In this document: positions 16,619 to 25,726 of the stretch, piece by piece
How positions within the stretch are numbered: position 1 is the first letter of the stretch
Layout of the letters: each line of letters opens with the position of its first letter
DNA from: Nitratidesulfovibrio vulgaris str. Hildenborough
Lineage (GTDB): Bacteria; Desulfobacterota; Desulfovibrionia; Desulfovibrionales; Desulfovibrionaceae
NCBI RefSeq assembly: GCF_000195755.1
Contig: NC_002937.3
Coordinates: 600,001 to 632,000, forward strand
DNA length: 32,000 bases
Direction of reading: 5' to 3'
The notes under the pieces: generated by a model
Database searches by the model: none
What the model was told of the DNA's origin: nothing
Seen by the model: only the letters and a program-made list of their open reading frames with translations
Program-made: the position numbers and the translations under genes

Positions 16619-16995
16619 TCTGGTCATGTGTCCCACGATGAAGGTCGTGCACCGTGTCCCCCCCCGGGGACGGCGCCTTCGGGTTCGGAGAGACACAGTA
16701 CACATTAGCTGAAAAGGGTCCGCCTTGCGGGGCTTGTCACTCATCTGTATTGTATTTGCGTATCAACCATTATCGTTAATTTGTTGGATGGTGCATTCTA
16801 ATGAGCTGAAATAGAAGAATCTAACGTTAGTGTGTGACAGATGCCGTTTGACAGTTTTTCAGAAAACATGGCAGAAACAGAAGTCGGTTATGGGGTATGC
16901 CCCCCAAGCGTCTGTCCGCCCGGTGGAGGAGGGGTCTCGCCGTGGCGCATTTTTTACCATTTTGTACTGCCCTCGCTAACATCGGAGGAAGGATC

Positions 16996-18114
16996 ATGCG
17001 CAAAGGTTGGTTCAAGGCGCTCATCGCGGGAATGACCGTCGCGGTCATGGCTGGTCCGGTCTTCGCCGGTGACACCATCAAACTGGGCGTACCCGGCGCA
17101 CACAGTGGCGACCTGGCCTCTTACGGCCTGCCCTCTGCCAACGCCGCCAAGATTGTCGCCAAGATGTTCAACGACAAGGGCGGCATCAACGGCAAGATGG
17201 TCGAAGTCATTCCGCAGGACGACCAGTGCAAGCCTGAAATGGCCACCAACGCGGCCACCAAGCTCGTCTCCGACGGCGTGGACATCGTGCTGGGTCACAT
17301 CTGCTCCGGCGCCACCAAGGCCGCGCTGCCCATCTACAAGGAAGCCAACAAGGTCGTCATGTCGCCTTCGGCCACCACGCCTGCGCTCACCCAGAGCGGC
17401 GACTACCCCATGTTCTTCCGCACCATCTCCTCGGACGACCAGCAGGCGAAGCTGGGCGTCGATTTCGCCATCGACAAGCTCGGTGCCAAGAAGATCGCCG
17501 TGCTGCATGACAAGGGCGACTACGGCAAGGGCTACGCCGAGTACGCAAAGCAGTTCATCGAGCAGAGCGGCAAGGCCACCGTCGTGCTGTTCGAAGGCGT
17601 GACCCCCGGTGCCGTGGACTACAGCGCCGTGGTGCAGAAGGTGCGCAGCGAAGGTGCCGACGCAGTCATGTTCGGCGGCTACCATCCTGAAGCCTCGAAG
17701 ATCGTCGCCCAGATGCGCAAGAAGCGTATGACCACGCCCTTCATCTCCGACGACGGCGTGAAGGACGACACCTTCATCAAGGTCGCCGGCAAGGACGCCG
17801 AGGGCGTGTACGCCTCCAGCTCCAAGGACGTGAGCATGCTGCCCATGTACAAGGAAGCCATCGAACTGCACAAGAAGGAGTTCGGCACTGAACCCGGCGC
17901 GTTCTACAAGGAAGCCTTCGCCGCTGCGCAGGCCCTTCTTACCGCCGTGCAGCGTGCAGGCAGCACCGAAACCCCCAAGGTTGTCGACGCCCTGCGTAAC
18001 AACTTCGTCGAGACCGCCATCGGCAAGATCAAGTTCGACAAGCGTGGCGATGCCGAAGGTACCGGCTTCTCCATGTATCAGGTCAAGAACGGCGTGTACG
18101 TCGAACTGAAGTAG
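16996..18114 (+). CDS. livJ: branched-chain amino-acid ABC transporter, periplasmic substrate-binding protein (LivJ/LivK family)
   Basis: Signal peptide MRKGWFKALIAGMTVAVMAGPVFA followed by a type-I PBP fold sequence. GGAGGAAGG lies upstream of the ATG at 16996. The track's 5' extension is rejected. Confidence 0.88.
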   Translation: MRKGWFKALIAGMTVAVMAGPVFAGDTIKLGVPGAHSGDLASYGLPSANAAKIVAKMFNDKGGINGKMVEVIPQDDQCKPEMATNAATKLVSDGVDIVLGHICSGATKAALPIYKEANKVVMSPSATTPALTQSGDYPMFFRTISSDDQQAKLGVDFAIDKLGAKKIAVLHDKGDYGKGYAEYAKQFIEQSGKATVVLFEGVTPGAVDYSAVVQKVRSEGADAVMFGGYHPEASKIVAQMRKKRMTTPFISDDGVKDDTFIKVAGKDAEGVYASSSKDVSMLPMYKEAIELHKKEFGTEPGAFYKEAFAAAQALLTAVQRAGSTETPKVVDALRNNFVETAIGKIKFDKRGDAEGTGFSMYQVKNGVYVELK

Positions 18115-18217
18115 CCGAGGAACAGGACATCAACCCCAGGGGGCGGGCCTGTGCCCGTCCCCTGGATTTTGCAATGCGGAAACCTGCGAGAGCAGGTTTT
18201 CGCGTGGGAAGGGACAC

Positions 18218-19126
18218 ATGGATTGGCAGTATTTCTGTGAACTCTTGTTCGGTGGGCTCACGCGCGGCAGCATCTATGCACTTATCGCGCTCGGCTACAC
18301 CATGGTGTACGGGATCATCGAGCTCATCAACTTCGCCCATGGCGAGGTCTACATGATCGGCGCGTTCACGGCGCTCATCGTGGCGGGTGTGCTCGGCATC
18401 TATGGCTTTCCCGAGGCGGGCATCCTCATCATCGCCGCCATCGTCGCGGTCATCTACTGCGCCGCCTACGGGTTCACGCTGGAGAAGGTGGCGTACAAGC
18501 CCCTGCGTGACGCGCCACGCCTTTCTCCGCTGATCTCGGCCATCGGCATGTCCATCTTTCTCCAGAACTATGTCATCCTCGCGCAGACCTCGGACTTCGT
18601 GCCGTTTCCGCGCCTCGTGCCCGACCTCGCCATCCTTGAGCCCATCGCCCACATCACCGGGACGAGTGATGTTCTGATCATCGTCACGAGCGCCATCACC
18701 ATGGTGGGCCTCACCCTGTTCATCAAGTACACCCGCATGGGCAAGGCCATGCGCGCCACGGCGCAGAACCGCAAGATGGCCATGCTGCTCGGCATCGACG
18801 CCGACAGGGTCATCTCCCTCACCTTCATCATCGGTTCCTCGCTGGCGGCCATCGGCGGCGTGCTCATCGCCTCGCATATCGGTCAGGTGAACTTCGCCAT
18901 CGGCTTCATCGCAGGCATCAAGGCGTTCACCGCCGCTGTGCTTGGCGGCATCGGCTCCATTCCTGGCGCCATGGCGGGCGGGCTTGTGCTCGGCCTTTGC
19001 GAGAGTTTCGCAACCGGCTACGTGTCCAGCGACTATGAAGACGCCCTCGCCTTCGCGCTGCTCGTGCTCATTCTCATCTTCAGACCCTCCGGTATCCTGG
19101 GCAAGCCCAAGACCCAGAAGGTCTAG
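18218..19126 (+). CDS. livH: branched-chain amino-acid ABC transporter permease (LivH family)
   Basis: 302 aa. The sequence is typical of LivH (GLTRGSIYALIALGYTMVYG, INFAHGE). Confidence 0.9.
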   Translation: MDWQYFCELLFGGLTRGSIYALIALGYTMVYGIIELINFAHGEVYMIGAFTALIVAGVLGIYGFPEAGILIIAAIVAVIYCAAYGFTLEKVAYKPLRDAPRLSPLISAIGMSIFLQNYVILAQTSDFVPFPRLVPDLAILEPIAHITGTSDVLIIVTSAITMVGLTLFIKYTRMGKAMRATAQNRKMAMLLGIDADRVISLTFIIGSSLAAIGGVLIASHIGQVNFAIGFIAGIKAFTAAVLGGIGSIPGAMAGGLVLGLCESFATGYVSSDYEDALAFALLVLILIFRPSGILGKPKTQKV

Positions 19127-19153
19127 CCGGCTTCAGGGCAAAAGAGGACAACA

Positions 19154-20377
19154 ATGCAAGGCATCATAAAATCTCTTCAGGTCGGCCTCTGGTTCATGTT
19201 CCTGACCTTTCCGCTGATGGTCATACGGGTCGACACGCTGAACGGTACGGTGGACTGGCGGTGGCAGAACATGGTCATGATGGGGCTTGGAACCTTCGCC
19301 CTGTCGTTCCTGTGGCGCTATATGCTCGCCCGCAAGGAAGCGGGGGGCGCATCTGCCCGGCAGGGCAACGCCGCCGCGGGCGGGCTGATGGCCCGCGTGC
19401 GCAGTGACGCCCGACTCCGGACCCCGGCGCTGCTTGCGGTGCTTGTGGTGTTCGCCGTGCTGCCCATGCTGGTCTCCACCTATCAGACCAACATCATGAT
19501 TTCGGCCCTGCTCTACGTGATGCTCGGCCTCGGGCTGAACATCGTCGTGGGCCTTTCCGGTCAGCTTGTGCTCGGCTACGTGGCCTTCTACGCCGTGGGC
19601 GCCTACGCCTACGCCCTGCTCAACGCGGACTTCGGTCTCGGCTTCTGGACGGTGCTGCCCATCGGGGGAGCTCTGGCTGCCGTCTTCGGCATCCTGCTCG
19701 GTTTTCCGGTGCTGCGGCTGAAGGGCGACTATCTTGCCATCGTCACGCTGGGCTTCGGTGAAATCGTCCGCCTCGTGCTGGAAAACTGGGGCAGTGTCAC
19801 GCGCGGTCCCAGCGGCATCTCCAAGATCGCCCGCCCCGGTCTTTTCGGCATGGAACTGTCGGTGAGCGAAGCCACCACCTACATCTATTACCTCATCCTT
19901 GCGGCGGTGATTTTCACCATCTTCGCCGTGGGACGCCTCAAGGACTCGCGCATAGGACGCGCCTGGCAGGCCCTGCGCGAAGACGAAATCGCCTGCGAGG
20001 CCATGGGCATCGACCTCACCACCACCAAGCTCACGGCTTTCGCGCTGGGAGCGTGCTGGGCCGGCTTCGCCGGGGTCATCTTCGCGGCCAAGACCACCTT
20101 CATCAACCCCGCCAGCTTCACCTTCCTCGAATCGGCGATGATTCTCGCCATGGTGGTGCTTGGCGGCATGGGGTCGACACTGGGGGTGGTGCTGGGAGCG
20201 CTGGTGCTCATCCTTCTGCCCGAATACCTGCGTGCCTTCTCGGAGTACCGCATGCTCATCTTCGGTGCGGCGATGGTGCTCATGATGGTGTTCAGGCCGC
20301 AGGGGCTGGTGTCGTGCCGCTCCAGAGAGTATGATGTGAACGACCCCGAAGCGGGTAAGAGCGGGGAGAAGGCGTAA
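19154..20377 (+). CDS. livM: branched-chain amino-acid ABC transporter permease (LivM family)
   Basis: 407 aa. LivM-type motifs are present (GLNIVVGLSGQLVLGYVAFYAVGAY, GDYLAIVTLGFGEI). Confidence 0.9.
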   Translation: MQGIIKSLQVGLWFMFLTFPLMVIRVDTLNGTVDWRWQNMVMMGLGTFALSFLWRYMLARKEAGGASARQGNAAAGGLMARVRSDARLRTPALLAVLVVFAVLPMLVSTYQTNIMISALLYVMLGLGLNIVVGLSGQLVLGYVAFYAVGAYAYALLNADFGLGFWTVLPIGGALAAVFGILLGFPVLRLKGDYLAIVTLGFGEIVRLVLENWGSVTRGPSGISKIARPGLFGMELSVSEATTYIYYLILAAVIFTIFAVGRLKDSRIGRAWQALREDEIACEAMGIDLTTTKLTAFALGACWAGFAGVIFAAKTTFINPASFTFLESAMILAMVVLGGMGSTLGVVLGALVLILLPEYLRAFSEYRMLIFGAAMVLMMVFRPQGLVSCRSREYDVNDPEAGKSGEKA

Positions 20378-21165
20378 TGCAGACCGTGCTCGACGTACGA
20401 AGCATATCCAAGAACTTCGGAGGGCTGCGCGCCCTTAACGAGGTCGACCTTAGGGTCGATGCGGGTGAGATCGTCGCCCTCATCGGGCCCAATGGTGCAG
20501 GCAAGACCACGTTCTTCAACTGCATCACGGGCATCTACGTGCCGACAGAAGGCGAGGTCGTCGTGACCCGCCCCGGCAGCGAACCCGTGCGCGTGAACGG
20601 GCAGAAGCCCAATCAGGTGACGGAACTCGGCATGGCCCGTACGTTCCAGAACATCCGCCTGTTCCAGAACATGACGGTGCTTGAGAACGTCATGATCGGC
20701 TGCCATTGTCGCACGCGCTCCGGCATTCTCGGAGCCTTGCTGCGCGACGCGAAGACGCGTGGCGAAGAGCAGGAGATCATCGACAAGAGCTATGAACTGC
20801 TGAAAAGCGTGCACCTGCAACAGCACTATAAGGAGCAGGCCCGCAATCTGCCTTACGGTGCGCAGCGCAGGCTTGAAATCGCCCGCGCACTTGCCACCAA
20901 CCCCTTCCTGTTGCTGCTCGACGAACCCGCTGCGGGCATGAACCCGCAAGAGACGCTCGAACTCAAGGGGCTGGTGCTGGAGATACGCGAAAGGCTCAAC
21001 CTCTCCGTCCTGCTCATCGAGCATGACATGAACATGGTCATGTCCCTTTCCGACCGCATCTACGTGATGGAGTACGGCTCGAAGATCGCCGAGGGCACCC
21101 CGGAGGAAGTCAGCCGCAATCCGCGCGTCATCAAGGCCTACCTCGGAGAGGAAGAACATGCTTGA
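20377..21165 (+). CDS. livG: branched-chain amino-acid ABC transporter ATP-binding protein (LivG family)
   Basis: Walker A GPNGAGKTT, signature YGAQRRLEIARAL, Walker B LLLLDEPAAG. The start overlaps the livM stop (TAATG). Confidence 0.92.
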   Translation: MQTVLDVRSISKNFGGLRALNEVDLRVDAGEIVALIGPNGAGKTTFFNCITGIYVPTEGEVVVTRPGSEPVRVNGQKPNQVTELGMARTFQNIRLFQNMTVLENVMIGCHCRTRSGILGALLRDAKTRGEEQEIIDKSYELLKSVHLQQHYKEQARNLPYGAQRRLEIARALATNPFLLLLDEPAAGMNPQETLELKGLVLEIRERLNLSVLLIEHDMNMVMSLSDRIYVMEYGSKIAEGTPEEVSRNPRVIKAYLGEEEHA

Positions 21166-21862
21166 GCTGCGTAACGTCAACACCTACTACGGCAACATAC
21201 AGGCCCTGCGCGACATCAACCTCACCATCGGCGAGGGGGAGATCGTCACGCTCATCGGTGCCAACGGCGCGGGCAAGAGCACCACGCTGATGACCATCTG
21301 CGGCGCTACGCCGCCACGCACCGGTGAAGTGCTGTTCGAGGGAAAGCCCATCCACACCATGAAGCCCAACGAGATCGTGAGGCTGGGCATCAGCCAGGTC
21401 CCGGAAGGGCGTCTCATCTTCCCCGACCTGACCGTTCAGGAGAACCTCGACCTCGGGGCCTTTCTGCGTAGCGACAAGGAAGGCATCGCCCGCGACCTCG
21501 ATTACATCTTCGACCTCTTTCCCATCCTCGCACAGCGGCGTCGTCAGGCAGGGGGTACCCTGTCCGGCGGTGAACAGCAGATGCTCGCCATCTCGCGCGC
21601 CATCATGGGCCGCCCGCGGCTTCTGCTGCTGGACGAGCCGTCGCTGGGCCTCGCGCCCATCATCATCCAGCAGATCTTCAACATCATCCAGAAGATCAAC
21701 GGCGACGGCACCACGGTGTTTCTCGTGGAGCAGAATGCGAACCAGGCGCTCAAGATAGCCCACCGCGGCTATGTCATGGAGACCGGGCGCATCACGCTTG
21801 AGGCTCCTGCCGAAAGTCTGCTTACCAACGAAGAAGTGCGAAAGGCCTACCTCGGCATGTAA
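21158..21862 (+). CDS. livF: branched-chain amino-acid ABC transporter ATP-binding protein (LivF family)
   Basis: Walker A GANGAGKST, signature LSGGEQQMLAISRA, Walker B LLLLDEPS. It overlaps livG by 8 nt (ATGCTTGA). Confidence 0.92.
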   Translation: MLELRNVNTYYGNIQALRDINLTIGEGEIVTLIGANGAGKSTTLMTICGATPPRTGEVLFEGKPIHTMKPNEIVRLGISQVPEGRLIFPDLTVQENLDLGAFLRSDKEGIARDLDYIFDLFPILAQRRRQAGGTLSGGEQQMLAISRAIMGRPRLLLLDEPSLGLAPIIIQQIFNIIQKINGDGTTVFLVEQNANQALKIAHRGYVMETGRITLEAPAESLLTNEEVRKAYLGM

Positions 21863-21886
21863 GGGGCGCATTCATCCTGAACGTCG

Positions 21887-21918
21887 GAAGGCGCCTGTCA
21901 CGGGCGCCTTCTTTCGTT
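21887..21918 (+). terminator. rho-independent terminator of the liv operon
   Basis: The stem is gaaggcgcc-tgtcacg-ggcgccttc, followed by tttcgtt. Confidence 0.75.
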
Positions 21919-22063
21919 GGCGTATCGCATCTCGGAAAAGCAGCCAGCGAAGAGGGAAGGTGTTGACCGGGCGCAGGAGGCATCGTATTCCACGTGGGCT
22001 TGTTCAGTAGCTACCTCTCAGGGATGAATCGGCATGTGAAACTAAACGGTGAGGTTTTCGTAA

Positions 22064-23029
22064 ATGCTCGTGACGGTGATGATCCCGACATATAATCAAA
22101 AAGATTACGTCGGAAGTGCCATAGAGAGTGCGCTTGCGCAGACCTATGCCGATCTTGAGATCGTTGTGGCGGATGATGCCTCGCCTGATCCTGGTGTTGC
22201 CAAGGTTTTGGAACGGTACCGGAACCACCCCAAAGTTCGGCTGTATCGAAATGCACAGAATCTCGGGCGGGTCGCAAATTACCGCAAGACACTTTATGAA
22301 AGGGCGCGTGGGGAGTGGGTAATCAATCTTGATGGTGATGATTACCTTGTTGACCCGTGCTTTGTCGAAGATGCTGTAGGCGTGGTCAAGAAGCATCCGG
22401 ACATCGTAGCTGTTTTGGGGGGACGTAAGGTTCTACAGGCGTCAGGAACTCACAAGGTTCAGCAGGCGAACGTGTGCTTGTCTGGGCGTGTTGCTCCTCG
22501 GGATGTCTTTTCGGGCATACTGGATGGGACACTTTTCCCATACCACAACGCGACACTCTATTCCCGAACCCATGCCCTAGCCATCGGTTTTTATGAGCAG
22601 GACATAGTATCTTCGGATCTTGAATCCTTTCTACGCTTGTTTGCGCGCGGGGCTGTTGGTGTTCTGCCAAGAATCGTTGGTGTTTGGCGCGAGCATTCGG
22701 GAAACACGAGTGGCACGATGGCTTTCAGTGATTATCTCGCTAATATCCAGGTGTTCGAATCGGTCATGCACACTGCTGAAGAACCAGATATCGCCGTCAA
22801 ATCCTCGTTTCTTAAAAGCTGGAGTTCTCGCTATGCGTATTCAAAGGGCAAAGACTATGCATACCGCCTTTTGAAAGATAGTGATTCACCTTCTCTTTGT
22901 TTCGGGTACCTAAAACGGCTTTCCAAAGTGTCATCAGTAGCCGCATTGCGTATATTGATTCAGCCCAAGGTCCTTTTCAATCTTTTGGCGAGAGCATTGC
23001 CTTCGCAGATTTCGCGATGCTTCAGATGA
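22064..23029 (+). CDS. family 2 glycosyltransferase
   Basis: The N-terminus VTVMIPTYNQKDYVGSAIESALAQTY.DLEIVVADDASPD is a classic GT2 signature, and a DGDD motif is present. It is the first gene of the AT-richer island. Confidence 0.88.
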   Translation: MLVTVMIPTYNQKDYVGSAIESALAQTYADLEIVVADDASPDPGVAKVLERYRNHPKVRLYRNAQNLGRVANYRKTLYERARGEWVINLDGDDYLVDPCFVEDAVGVVKKHPDIVAVLGGRKVLQASGTHKVQQANVCLSGRVAPRDVFSGILDGTLFPYHNATLYSRTHALAIGFYEQDIVSSDLESFLRLFARGAVGVLPRIVGVWREHSGNTSGTMAFSDYLANIQVFESVMHTAEEPDIAVKSSFLKSWSSRYAYSKGKDYAYRLLKDSDSPSLCFGYLKRLSKVSSVAALRILIQPKVLFNLLARALPSQISRCFR

Positions 23030-23340
23030 ATTCTGAAGCTTTCTTGCAATATGATAGAATTGCCGACTAACGATGCAATAAAACTCTTTGCCATAGGCAT
23101 AGTCCATTACGTACTCGTATCTCAAAAAACGTGAGCGAACGAGTGACAATTGGTTGCTTGCGCCCTTGATTTTCGAGATGCCATGTCCCTGTAGCCTTGC
23201 TTGAATGCAAATAGTATCTTGAATGATGTGCCATCTTTTTTTGGGTAGAGTGGGTTGTAATAAACAGGCCTATGCCCGAAGTTGTTATATGTTGTGTTAG
23301 GTGAATGGCTCAGGTTCTCTGGTAAATGGCTTTTGTACAT
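22934..23340 (-). pseudogene. possible frameshifted or degraded gene: two overlapping minus-strand ORFs that can be joined near an A7 tract
   Basis: One frame is open from 23373 to 23122 and another from 23269 to 22934 (hand translation). They overlap around the homopolymer at 23236-23242. Open frames of this length are unusual in AT-rich DNA. No family was recognised with confidence. Confidence 0.3.
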
Positions 23341-23354
23341 GAATGTAGGTCGCA

Positions 23355-24293
23355 ATGAGTAGCTTTCGAGCATGTGTTCTTGGTGCTTCCGGGTTTCTGG
23401 GAAGTCACCTCGTGCATCATTTGCTCAAGGCTGGATGCCAGGTTCATGCATTCAGTCGCGATTCCAGGCGAAACCCCTTGTTGACTGATGAGTTAATGTC
23501 CTCATGTAGCATCTTCACAGGGGATTTTTTCAATACGCAGGATGTTGAACGTGCGCTTGCAGACTGTGATGTCTGTTTTCATCTGGTGTCGACAACGATT
23601 CCAAAGACTTCGAACGATGACCCGCTACGTGATGTTCGAGAGAACCTCTCAGGGTCTTTGACTCTTCTCGAATGTGTAAGGCGTACCGGGGTTCGTAAGG
23701 TTGTCTATGCCTCGTCGGGTGGGGCGATTTACGGAAAGCATCTGATGCCGAGGATTTCCGAGAATCATCCGACAGACCCCTTGTGCTCATACGGTATCGT
23801 CAAGTTGGCAGTCGAAAAGTATCTGGCATTGTATCATGAACTGTATGGTATCGACTATGCTGCTCTCAGGATAAGCAATCCCTTCGGGCCGTTGCAGCGA
23901 ACGAGCGCAGAGCAGGGGGTCATCGGGGTTTTTCTCGGCAAAATCTTGCGCAACGAACCGCTGCATGTCTGGGGTGATGGTTCTGTAGTGCGCGACTATA
24001 TCTACGTCGAGGACGTTGCACGAGCACTGGTTCTGGCGGCACGCTTGAATACCGAGCATCATGTCTTTAACATCGGTTCGGGGGCAGGGCTGAGTCTCAA
24101 TGATATCATCGATATGATGCGCTCCGTGACTGGGCGTGATGTTGTCGTGAAGTACGATCAGAATCGGGTTTTCGATGTCCCGTATTCCGTGCTTGATGTG
24201 TCACTTGCTGAAAGAGAGCTTGGGTGGAGGGCACTATTCCCATTTAAAGTTGGAGTCAGCTTAGCATGGGTGTGGTTATGTGAGAATTCGTAG
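23355..24293 (+). CDS. NAD-dependent epimerase/dehydratase (UDP-sugar 4-epimerase-like SDR)
   Basis: Has a Rossmann motif (VLGASGFLGSHLV), the catalytic YxxxK (YGIVKLAVEK) and a typical extended-SDR length. Confidence 0.88.
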   Translation: MSSFRACVLGASGFLGSHLVHHLLKAGCQVHAFSRDSRRNPLLTDELMSSCSIFTGDFFNTQDVERALADCDVCFHLVSTTIPKTSNDDPLRDVRENLSGSLTLLECVRRTGVRKVVYASSGGAIYGKHLMPRISENHPTDPLCSYGIVKLAVEKYLALYHELYGIDYAALRISNPFGPLQRTSAEQGVIGVFLGKILRNEPLHVWGDGSVVRDYIYVEDVARALVLAARLNTEHHVFNIGSGAGLSLNDIIDMMRSVTGRDVVVKYDQNRVFDVPYSVLDVSLAERELGWRALFPFKVGVSLAWVWLCENS

Positions 24294-24389
24294 GAAAAGG
24301 TATAGCCGCTTTTTGGGTCTCTAGTGCAGTAAGTGTTGGCGCAAAAGCGGCGTCATGAAGTAAATGTTTTCTTTCCTTTGAGTGTGATT

Positions 24390-24544
24390 ATGTTTGTAGC
24401 GAAAATGTATGATAGGATTTATTTAGTTATTGCAAAGTTGTTGACTTTTTTTCTTCCACGTAAATATAGGCGTACTTTGAGAGCCATTCTCGAAAGAAAT
24501 GATCCTCTGACTTTAGCCCTTCGCTTTATCCGAAGGGGTCGATA
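24390..24544 (+). pseudogene. 5' gene fragment cut by an IS insertion (possibly the original N-terminus of the methyltransferase at 25753..26467)
   Basis: Track ORF 24333..24587 runs into the IS left end at 24545. In-frame ATGs lie at 24390 and 24405. See the findings for the in-frame junction argument. Confidence 0.35.
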
Positions 24545-24614
24545 TGACCTGCCCGGCACTTTTCAGACCAGCCGAAACTTGAGATAGGTTTCTCCCTCAA
24601 CCACGAGGGAACCG

Positions 24615-24878
24615 ATGAAAAAGGGACGATTTTCCGAAGAGCAGATGGTCGGCATTCTGCGAGAAGCTGACCGTAGTCCAGTGGCCCAGGTGGCCAAGAA
24701 GCATGGAATCAGCGAGCAGACGATCTACACATGGCGCCAGCGGTTCGCAGGCATGTCCGCCGATGACGTGAAGCGGCTACGCCTGCTGGAACAAGAGAAC
24801 ACGCGGCTGAAGAAGATACTTGCGGAACGGGACCTTGAAATCGAGGTCATGAAGGAAATCGCCACAAAAAAATGGTAG
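24615..24878 (+). CDS. IS3-family transposase OrfA (HTH)
   Basis: MKKGRFSEEQMVGILREAD...ISEQTIYTWRQRF followed by a leucine-zipper-like region. The RBS is GAGGGA. Confidence 0.9.
   Translation: MKKGRFSEEQMVGILREADRSPVAQVAKKHGISEQTIYTWRQRFAGMSADDVKRLRLLEQENTRLKKILAERDLEIEVMKEIATKKW
24866..24872 (+). other. A7 slippery run, the predicted -1 programmed frameshift site joining orfA to orfB
   Basis: In the orfA frame the codons read ACA AAA AAA TGG TAG. The -1 frame continues as AAA AAA ATG GTA GGC, which is orfB. Confidence 0.7.
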
Positions 24879-25726
24879 GCGCACCCGTCCGACGCATCCA
24901 GGTGGCATACGCTAGGAGTCGCGGGCTTTCACAACGCAGGGCGTGTGCGCTGTTATCCACTTCCCGGTCGTCGCTCCACTACGAGTCACGGCTGGAGGCT
25001 CGGGACAAGCCCCTGATGGCGGCGATGTCAGGTCTAGCTGCGGCGTATCCGCGCTTTGGATATCGCCGGATCAACGTGTTCATGGAGCGTCTGGGTCATG
25101 TCATGGGGGCCGACAAGGCGTTCCGGCTTTGATGCAAGGCCGGGTTGCAGGTGCCCAGAAAGCGGCCTCGGAAGCGGATTGCGGCGTCCCGTCCGCGACC
25201 ACAACTGCCGATGGGTGCAAACGAACTGTGGGCGTACGACTTTGTCTACGACGCCTGTGCAAATGGTCAGCCGATAAAATGCCTGACCGTGGTGGACGAA
25301 TACACGCGCGAATGCCTGGCTATAGACGTTGCCGGGAGCATCAGGTCGGGCCGGGTGATTGAGGTGCTGTCCCGCCTGATTAGTGAACGTGGAGCCCCTC
25401 TGAGCCTACGTTCTGACAACGGACCGGAGTTCGTGTCGAAGGCACTGCTCAGATGGGCGGCTCGGGAGTCTCTGAATCTGGCTCTGATTGAGCCTGGCAA
25501 GCCCTGGCAGAACGGTTTGAACGAGAGTTTTAATGGCAAATTTCGCGACGAATGTCTGTCAATGGAATGGTTCCGGTGTCGGGACGAGGCACGCGTAGTG
25601 ATCGAGGAATGGAGGCGGCACTACAACTCCGTTCGCCCACATTCAAGCCTAAACAACATAACGCCTGAACACTTTTGTCGGCAGTATGGAAAAAAACTGA
25701 ACCGTGGGGAAACCATCAAGAATTGA
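24872..25726 (+). pseudogene. IS3-family transposase OrfB (DDE integrase core) interrupted by an in-frame TGA at 25130-25132
   Basis: Track ORFs 24872..25132 and 25145..25726 are in the same frame and are separated by only one stop, reading ...AFRL*CKAGLQVPRKRP. Related transposases usually have Trp at this position, consistent with TGG mutated to TGA. Confidence 0.8.

Noticed and set aside
16821-16830. CTAACGTTAG upstream of liv shares the CTAAC/GTTAG half-sites with the 13992-14017 palindrome, which could mean the same regulator binds both
   Set aside because: Only 5 bp per half-site are shared and the spacing differs (0 vs 4 nt). No sigma-54 promoter is found nearby. The resemblance is most likely coincidental.
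16897-16995. N-terminal extensions proposed by the track for livJ (16897), the sigma-54 regulator (11626), rrf1 (2597), pgpA (971), maf (394), hmcA (8853) and GT4 (27103)
   Set aside because: In each case an internal ATG with a good Shine-Dalgarno sequence gives the canonical N-terminus (a signal peptide, the REC start, and so on). The extensions overlap upstream genes or lack an RBS.
19888-21183. A 431-aa minus-strand ORF, plus 16954..17871 (305 aa), 18083..18877 (264 aa), 21131..21871 (246 aa) and 30225..31157 (310 aa)
   Set aside because: All are antisense to confidently identified genes (livJ/H/M/G/F and gap). They are GC-driven open frames.
25130-25132. The in-frame TGA in IS orfB, considered as a selenocysteine codon (Desulfovibrio does use Sec)
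   Set aside because: The position corresponds to a conserved Trp in related transposases. No SECIS-like hairpin is obvious immediately downstream, and transposases are not selenoproteins. A nonsense mutation is far more parsimonious.
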